Shown here: positions 44,702-50,319 of the stretch, in pieces
Numbering within the stretch: position 1 is the first letter of the stretch
How the letters are laid out: each line of letters opens with the position of its first letter
IMG/VR virus record: IMGVR_UViG_3300046780_000444
Location: 1-50,319 of that record
DNA: 50,319 bases
Direction: 5' to 3' (one strand)
Origin: a virus
Lineage: Duplodnaviria > Caudoviricetes
Translations under genes and position numbers: made by a program
Notes under the pieces: generated by a model
The model's input: the letters and a program-made list of their open reading frames with translations, nothing else
Database searches by the model: none
What the model was told of the DNA's origin: nothing

Positions 44702-46552
44702 ATGCCGCGCTACATCGAAGTAACTGCAGCCGCGCGTGAGACAGCCACCAAGCTGCTCGCGTTGCGCAGCGCCAATGCGCACAAGGTTGCCATCACGACG
44801 CGCGGCGGAAAAACCGCCTCCGTTGATTGGTCCAGCAACCATGCGACTATCAACATGCCGAGCCTTCCGCCCGACGCGTCATTGACGCGTGCAGAAGCGG
44901 ATCGCTTGGTGGCTTTCATCGCGCATGAATGCTGCCACGTCCTGCACTCGGATCGAAGCCAGTGGCAGCGCGCATGCGCTGCAGGCGCACGCGTGCAAGC
45001 TTGGACCAACGCACTGGAAGATGTGCGGATCGAAGCACGCGAAATCAAAGCCGGGAACTTTCCAGCTTTGCGCACCGTGCTTTCAAGCATGGCCAACCAC
45101 CTGCACTATGAAGCCATGACAGCGGCCGCAACGCATGGCCGCATCATTGGCGCAAGCGTTGCGGATGCCCCTTATGTCGCATGCATCCTGGGGCGCGTTG
45201 CCAATGGCTATGCGATACCCGCAAGCGAGAACCTTGCTGCAAGCTTGAGCCCGCAAACCCGCAAGCTTGTTGACCATGCGCTGGCACGCATCGGCCGTTG
45301 CAAGAACACTTCGGACGTTGTGGAGCTTGCGCTTGAACTTGTCGCGATGGAGCAAGCGCTGCAGCCGCAAGGCAAGCCCAACGCTCAGGGCGATGACAGC
45401 GCTCGGGGCAAGGGCGATGATGCGAGCAAGCCCGATGCAAGCAAGGGCGATGACAGCGCTCAGGGCGATGACAGCGCTCAGGGCGATGACAGCGCTCAGG
45501 GCGATGACAGCGCTCAGGGCGACGAGGCTCAGGGCGACGAGGCTCAGGGCGACGAGGCTCAGGGCGACGAGGCTCAGGGCGATACCAGGCCCGGAGATGG
45601 TTCCGGCAATGAGATTGCTTCGGACGTCGATCTTACGGACGCAATCGATGCAATCGCCAAGCGCGCGGGCATTGCCGATCTAAACGAGCACAACGTGACT
45701 GATAAAAGCTATCTCCTGCCAACCCTCGCCACCAAGGTCACGCAAGCATGGCAAGGGCATGCCAACGGCAATAGAGGCAGCGCAGACATGCTCGCCGAGC
45801 GCATGCCGCGCAATTCGGTCCTGCATGGTCAAATCGCGCGCTTGCTTGTCACCGACGAGCAACGCCGTGTCACGCACCATGAAAGCAGCGGCAGGCTCGA
45901 TCGGCGCGCGCTTGCCCGCATGCGGACTGGTGCGACCGATGTCTATTCGCGCCGCTCCGACACGCCCGGGATCGATACCGCGCTGTTGATCCTCATCGAT
46001 GCATCCTCATCGATGCGGCTTTCGACGCCGAGCGGCCATACCCGCATGCAACTTGCCCAGACCACCGCATGGCACATTGGCCGCGCGGCGGAAAGCGCCA
46101 ATGCCAAGCTTGGCATTGCCAGCTTTCATTGGCGCGATGGTGTCACGGGGTCATCCTACACGGAGCTTGAAATGGTGAAGCCCTGGACCATGCCGATGGC
46201 CGCATGCGCTACGACCATTGCCGATATCGGCCCGGGCGGCCAAACCCCGCTTTCGCCTGCCATTGTCGAAGCAGCCAACATGCTCGCCGGGATCGATGCC
46301 TCGCGCCGTATCATCATGGTCCTGACCGATGGCGACTGCGATCTCGGCCCTGCGACCGTGACAGCCGCTTGTCGCTTGGCCGCAGCGCGAGGCGTCGAAA
46401 CCGTCGGTATCGGTCTTAACGCCCCGCGCGTCATTGCCGCTTTCCCCCCGCAGTACAGCGTCAACGTGGATGACCTAGCCCAACTATCGGCCAAGGGCTT
46501 AGGCGTTCTCGCCGACATGCTGGAGGACGCCAACCCTGTCGCAGCGGAATAG
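44702..46552 (+). CDS. CobT-like protein with HExxH N-domain, acidic linker and vWA domain
   Basis: AHECCHVLHS, NALEDVRIE, SGRLDRRAL, MIDAS LIDASSSM, GQTPL, MVLTDG, GIGL. Confidence 0.88.
   Translation: MPRYIEVTAAARETATKLLALRSANAHKVAITTRGGKTASVDWSSNHATINMPSLPPDASLTRAEADRLVAFIAHECCHVLHSDRSQWQRACAAGARVQAWTNALEDVRIEAREIKAGNFPALRTVLSSMANHLHYEAMTAAATHGRIIGASVADAPYVACILGRVANGYAIPASENLAASLSPQTRKLVDHALARIGRCKNTSDVVELALELVAMEQALQPQGKPNAQGDDSARGKGDDASKPDASKGDDSAQGDDSAQGDDSAQGDDSAQGDEAQGDEAQGDEAQGDEAQGDTRPGDGSGNEIASDVDLTDAIDAIAKRAGIADLNEHNVTDKSYLLPTLATKVTQAWQGHANGNRGSADMLAERMPRNSVLHGQIARLLVTDEQRRVTHHESSGRLDRRALARMRTGATDVYSRRSDTPGIDTALLILIDASSSMRLSTPSGHTRMQLAQTTAWHIGRAAESANAKLGIASFHWRDGVTGSSYTELEMVKPWTMPMAACATTIADIGPGGQTPLSPAIVEAANMLAGIDASRRIIMVLTDGDCDLGPATVTAACRLAAARGVETVGIGLNAPRVIAAFPPQYSVNVDDLAQLSAKGLGVLADMLEDANPVAAE
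45446..45583 (+). repeat. Tandem 18-bp (AQGDDS) and 15-bp (AQGDE) repeats in vWA linker
   Basis: GGGCGATGACAGCGCTCA x4 then GGGCGACGAGGCTCA x4. Confidence 0.92.
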
Positions 46553-46630
46553 GGAAGCTTGCCTAGCGCCAAGCGGCCGCGCCCCGTCCCCCGACAGGGT
46601 TCCGCCGCTTGGCGCTCAGCAAGCTTCCCT
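46551..46630 (+). other. Long hairpin (27-bp stem) after vWA gene
   Basis: AGGGAAGCTTGC-CT-AGCGCCAAGCGGC pairs with GCCGCTTGGCGCT-CA-GCAAGCTTCCCT. Confidence 0.8.
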
Positions 46631-46675
46631 TGTCCCCTTGAGGGACACCCTCTGGCGCTCCTGAAAGCATCCCCA

Positions 46676-46864
46676 ATGGCAAACCCTCTTAACCGCGTGC
46701 ACCTTGCCCGCTCAGCGCTTGGCATGACTGCCTGCGGCCGGATCGCGCGCGGGCTCATCCATCGCTTGCGCTGGAGCGATGCCCCTGCAACGCCTCGCCA
46801 TGCGCGCTGCAGGCATTGCCTACGCGCGATCCTCGCGCGGCCGCGATCCCGTCCTCGCCTCTAG
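46676..46864 (+). CDS. Small putative zinc-finger protein
   Basis: VHL...TACGR...RCRHC (H-C-CxxC). Confidence 0.45.
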   Translation: MANPLNRVHLARSALGMTACGRIARGLIHRLRWSDAPATPRHARCRHCLRAILARPRSRPRL

Positions 46865-46965
46865 GCTCCGATCGCGCCTGGGCTCCGATCGCGCCTGGGC
46901 TCCGATCGCGCCTGGGCTCCGATCGCGCCTGGGCTCCGATCGCGCCTGGGCTCCGATCGCGCCTG
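46864..46965 (+). repeat. Non-coding 17-bp perfect tandem repeat x6
   Basis: GGCTCCGATCGCGCCTG at 46864, 46881, 46898, 46915, 46932, 46949. Confidence 0.95.
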
Positions 46966-47209
46966 CCGGGCGGCCGGAACACCGCATAACGCCGGTTCCT
47001 CGGACACCGCATAACGCCGGTCTCACGCACCGCGGCGCTTTTGCCCCGCCTTTCGCGTCTTTGCTTTCAGCCTTCTAGCCGCACGATTAAGCGGCATATT
47101 TTCCGGCGCTCGCCTGAGTTCCGGATCACCATCGAACTCTGCCCGGAACGACAGATGACGATAACGATTTTGTTTCTTGGTCATGACGAGTTGCCCTCCC
47201 AGCTACTCT

Positions 47210-47334
47210 AGTGACGACCGTGACTTCTTTTCCCGTTCCCCCCTATACATTTCTAAACAGTGTATAGCATATATATATTTACACTGTTTAGTATTGCTAG
47301 GAGCCGAACCGGAAAAGAAGTCACGGTCGTCACT
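47210..47334. repeat. Large nested palindrome with AT-rich centre (candidate replication origin)
   Basis: Perfect 24-bp arms 47210-47233/47311-47334; inner 12-bp arms 47253-47264/47280-47291 around TAGCATATATATATT. Confidence 0.85.
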
Positions 47335-47360
47335 CAATGGCGGATTTCTGCCGTTTTCCT

Positions 47361-49739
47361 TCAGTCGTTAGTAAAGTCCACGCCAACATCTTGTTGTGAA
47401 AGAGCAACACCAGATAAGGCCCAACCACTATTTACGTGTACCTTTCGACAGCAAGGAAACGCTTCCAAAAATTTACGGCTGAAGTCTTGCTTAGTGAGAT
47501 CGGCATGTTCGCCCTGGTCATGGCACCACAATCTGTAATCTTCTAATGCTTTAAGCACGGGCATCTGCTTTCCCGGAGAGAATACGCACCGATCTTTGGC
47601 CCAAGCCTTGAGCGTATCCTGATCGTCGAGGTAGCTCTGCGTCGCTTGAACGGCTGCGTGCGGTATCAAAGCCGACAGCCCGCCCGCCGCCCGGCGCAAA
47701 AGCTCGCCCTCGATCATCCATTGGAGGATGCCCGGATACTCGGCGACGAGCCGGTCCTTGAGCGAGGTATCGGCTTGCGCGGGGACCTGCATGAACGGGA
47801 CCAGGACGATGCGCCGCCGCATCGCTTCGTCGACGTTGGTGAGCCGCGGCTGATTATTGCCGACGAACGTGACCTTGAATTGCGGCACGAACTCGAACGT
47901 GTTCTCCCGCATGAAGCGTCCCGTGATCTTGCCGTCTCGTCCCGTGAAGTCCTTGAGCCGCACGGCATTGAACGTCCGGCCCGCCTCGATCTCGGTCGCG
48001 GTCACAGCGCGCACGCCGGTCAGCCGGGCGATCTCCTCGGGATGAGCGTCATGCTTGCGGACCATGAACATATCCGCGGCCGTGCGCGCGCCGTAGTCGT
48101 TGAGGATGGCGCTGATCGTGTGCAGGAACGTGCCTTTGCCGTTGCCCCCGGGACCATAGATGAAGACGAACTTTTCTTCGGAGGTGTCGCCGCTGAGGTT
48201 GTAGCCCGACCACGCTTGGTTGAAGGCGATCATATCCAGATCGCCGCCGGTGCTGTCCCAGAGGAACTGGTCCCAGATCGGGGTTGGCATTGCTTTCGGC
48301 GTGACGAGCAGCTGCTTGGTGATGAGATGCTCGGGACCGGGCGGCATAATCGCGCCGCTGCGCAGATCGATTGCGCAGCCGGGTGCGCCCGCCAGCCACG
48401 GATTTTGGTCCCAGGCCCGGCCGTCGACCGCCAGGCGCTGATCGGCGCGCGCGGCCAGCTCGATCGCTTTGGCGACAGCGACTTTGCCCCAAGCGCGCAC
48501 TTGTCCCGGCGTCAGGTCCTGCAGCGATCCACGGAACTCCCGTGCCAGGTCTCGCGCCCAGTCGGCGGCATGCTGGGTTTCGTCCTGCCGCCAAAACTCG
48601 CCGGTCCACTGGAACCAGCGTCCGCGCGTATGATCGAAGCGCAGCCGACCCCTATGCCGGTCGGCAAACGCCAGGGCGAGACCGTCCTCGGTGGCCTCGT
48701 ATGCGCCCAGCGGGTTGACGTTATTGCTTTGTCCCGGGACGAGACCTGTGAGACCTGGGACCAGATACGAAGGGAATTCGTCGAACGCCAAGCTCGCCAA
48801 GCACTCCAAGCCGCCGCTGTCTTCGCGGACCACGCCGTCGGCCCATTCCCGGACGTCGGCGATATTGCGGTCCTGGCAATGCCCGTGGTGACATTTGAAG
48901 CGCTCGCGCACCGGCACATACGAGGCCGCTGTGCGCGGATCGGTATGCTCGCTCGCCCACGGGCACTCGACATCGAAGCCCCAGCCGAACGTCATGCTGC
49001 GGCCCAAGCCCAGGACCATGCCGCGGCCGCGAAAGATCTTGAGGATGAGATCGCTCTCGATGTCGGCCGGGTCCGGCATTGCCGCCACGCCGAGATCCAT
49101 GTGCGCGTTGACCGGGACCACGGCTGCGCCGAGCCGCGCCTCGATGTCGATCCAGTCGAGGTGCTGGATCCTCGTCCCGGGCTGCCAATGCACGAGCTTG
49201 ACCTTGAAAGGCGTGATCAGCTCGGCTTTGCCATTGCTCCCGACAGGAAGTCTCACCAGCGTCGTCGGCTTGACGAGGTTATCTCCGGCTCCGAGCGCGC
49301 GATATAAATCCCGCAGCAGGCCCAGGACCCAGGCGCGATCGCATAGCGGCTCGATGAACCAGCCCGCGTGATAATTCCCGGGACTGGTCTCGATCACGTA
49401 GTTTGGTCCCACGCCCAGCAGCTGCTCGACCTTCGCGGGATCGACCTTCACGCCGTAGTCGTCGATCACGATGGCATAGAGCGCATCAAAGCTCGCCCCG
49501 GTCCTGCCGCCCGCAGCGCTCGGAAGACTTACGTCGTAATAGTTGTTGAGCCCGGCATGCATAACGCCGAGCACGGTTGCGGCGGGGTAGCTTTGCCAGT
49601 TGCGCGCGGTCTTGGGATCGCCCTGGAAGTAGCTCACCAGGACCTCGCCCCAGCGGGGACCAAAGATCGCTTTGAGGAACTGCTCGTTGGTGATCGGGAA
49701 GGGCACGACATGCGTGCCCGGACCCCACGGTAACGCCAT
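47361..49739 (-). CDS. Primase-helicase (RepB-type primase, Zn motif, D5_N, P4-family SF3 helicase)
   Basis: IETSPGNYHAGW; CPWASEHT..FKCHHGHC; YGPGGNGKGTF; ATEIE; GNNQPRL; AMRRRIVLVPF; ATG 49739 preferred. Confidence 0.92.
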   Translation of the reverse strand: MALPWGPGTHVVPFPITNEQFLKAIFGPRWGEVLVSYFQGDPKTARNWQSYPAATVLGVMHAGLNNYYDVSLPSAAGGRTGASFDALYAIVIDDYGVKVDPAKVEQLLGVGPNYVIETSPGNYHAGWFIEPLCDRAWVLGLLRDLYRALGAGDNLVKPTTLVRLPVGSNGKAELITPFKVKLVHWQPGTRIQHLDWIDIEARLGAAVVPVNAHMDLGVAAMPDPADIESDLILKIFRGRGMVLGLGRSMTFGWGFDVECPWASEHTDPRTAASYVPVRERFKCHHGHCQDRNIADVREWADGVVREDSGGLECLASLAFDEFPSYLVPGLTGLVPGQSNNVNPLGAYEATEDGLALAFADRHRGRLRFDHTRGRWFQWTGEFWRQDETQHAADWARDLAREFRGSLQDLTPGQVRAWGKVAVAKAIELAARADQRLAVDGRAWDQNPWLAGAPGCAIDLRSGAIMPPGPEHLITKQLLVTPKAMPTPIWDQFLWDSTGGDLDMIAFNQAWSGYNLSGDTSEEKFVFIYGPGGNGKGTFLHTISAILNDYGARTAADMFMVRKHDAHPEEIARLTGVRAVTATEIEAGRTFNAVRLKDFTGRDGKITGRFMRENTFEFVPQFKVTFVGNNQPRLTNVDEAMRRRIVLVPFMQVPAQADTSLKDRLVAEYPGILQWMIEGELLRRAAGGLSALIPHAAVQATQSYLDDQDTLKAWAKDRCVFSPGKQMPVLKALEDYRLWCHDQGEHADLTKQDFSRKFLEAFPCCRKVHVNSGWALSGVALSQQDVGVDFTND

Positions 49740-49954
49740 AGGTTTTTGCCTCGGAAAGCAGGAGGGAAGGGGCTTCGAGAAAGCTTGTGTCGCGTCGGCC
49801 GCGCTTTGTTGTGAGCCCAAAGCGCGAGACAAAATCTTGCGCCTGCGACAGCGCCCTAAGCAAGCAAGATTTATGGCACTACCATGGCAAAGCCGCGAAA
49901 CTCAGGGGCGCACCGCATAACGGCGGGCCCAGGCGGCGTCCCCTGTGAAGGACC

Positions 49955-50112
49955 CTCCGGGGAGACTTGTATCCGCCCCCAGGATCGATCATATTCAACC
50001 TCGGCACTGGCCGCCTCTAGGCGGCGAGTTCCTTCTTCGCGGCGGGGTGGTGCCCGCCCGCGCGGTGACAGGTTTTTGCGGTTTGTGTCGCAGCAACGCA
50101 AAGAGAGAAAGG
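49955..50112. ncRNA. Putative structured RNA/leader element upstream of primase (copy 2)
   Basis: Hairpins GCCGCC-TCTA-GGCGGC and CGCGGCGGG-GTGGTG-CCCGCCCGCG; invariant linker GAGTTCCTTCTT. Confidence 0.4.
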
Positions 50113-50123
50113 CGTCGGCTCCC

Positions 50124-50319
50124 TCAGGGCTGACGCCTTTTTCGTGCCATGTGGCGGCGGATCATCGCGGTCGACCGACGATTGCGCGTGCATCGAAATT
50201 CGATGCGCCCGTGCTTCACCCGGAAATCGAAATTATGGACGAGGCCGCAGTCGCAGCACGCCATCTTATAGCCGCGACGGATTGGCCGCACCCAACGCGA
50301 CCACCCATCATCGCCCGCA
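50124..50319 (-). CDS. Small Cys/His protein, 5'-truncated copy of 1035..1262
   Basis: Near-identical to 1068-1239; ends MIRRHMARKRRQP-stop. Confidence 0.65.
   Translation of the reverse strand, partial: AGDDGWSRWVRPIRRGYKMACCDCGLVHNFDFRVKHGRIEFRCTRNRRSTAMIRRHMARKRRQP

Larger units (their letters stand above)
49041..50319 (+). repeat. Right copy of imperfect terminal redundancy
   Basis: Homologous to 1..1239; offset 49080 in the identical part. Confidence 0.95.

Noticed and set aside
43267-46552. Cobalamin biosynthesis (cobS/cobT) auxiliary metabolic genes
   Set aside because: No cobN or other cob genes; the motifs only support a generic MoxR AAA+/vWA pair
46864-46965. Possible CRISPR or mini-array
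   Set aside because: Repeats are directly adjacent with no spacers and only 17 bp long; no cas operon
47210-47334. Protelomerase (telRL) site of a linear plasmid-prophage
   Set aside because: No protelomerase or partition genes recognised; the palindrome centre is imperfect; an integrase is present
1-50319. Alternative genetic code or stop-codon reassignment
   Set aside because: All core genes are full length in the standard code, and TAA, TAG and TGA are all used as stops

Overview
The window is essentially one complete temperate, podovirus-type (short-tailed dsDNA) phage genome of about 49.08 kb. It is GC-rich, and a proteobacterial, possibly alphaproteobacterial, host is inferred but not shown. 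Bases 1-1239 are homologous to 49041-50319: identical over the last 107 bp and clearly diverged over the primase part. The lysogeny module (-) holds integrase, Xis, a mini-protein and an XRE repressor, with a divergent Cro. The replication operon (+) holds a RuvC-like resolvase, SNF2 helicase, DUF2800 nuclease, DUF6378, SSB, PolA and an adenine MTase, followed by a non-coding attP-like region. The virion operon (-) holds TerS, tail fibres, TerL, portal, scaffold, capsid, tail proteins, an inserted HNH gene, ejection proteins, a transglycosylase and a ~2300-aa polyvalent protein. A MoxR-AAA+/vWA pair (+), an origin-like region and a primase-SF3 helicase (-) complete the genome. Most notable observations: (1) a free-standing copy of the repressor C-terminal domain translationally coupled behind the repressor; (2) an HNH gene that has taken over the tail gene's C-terminus and supplied a recoded replacement; (3) a structured element upstream of the primase with covariation visible between the two terminal copies; (4) a GACACAAC motif in putative promoter spacers across the genome; (5) a compact DUF2829/Tad2-like gene in the head module. 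All family assignments come from motif recognition by eye, not from database searches.
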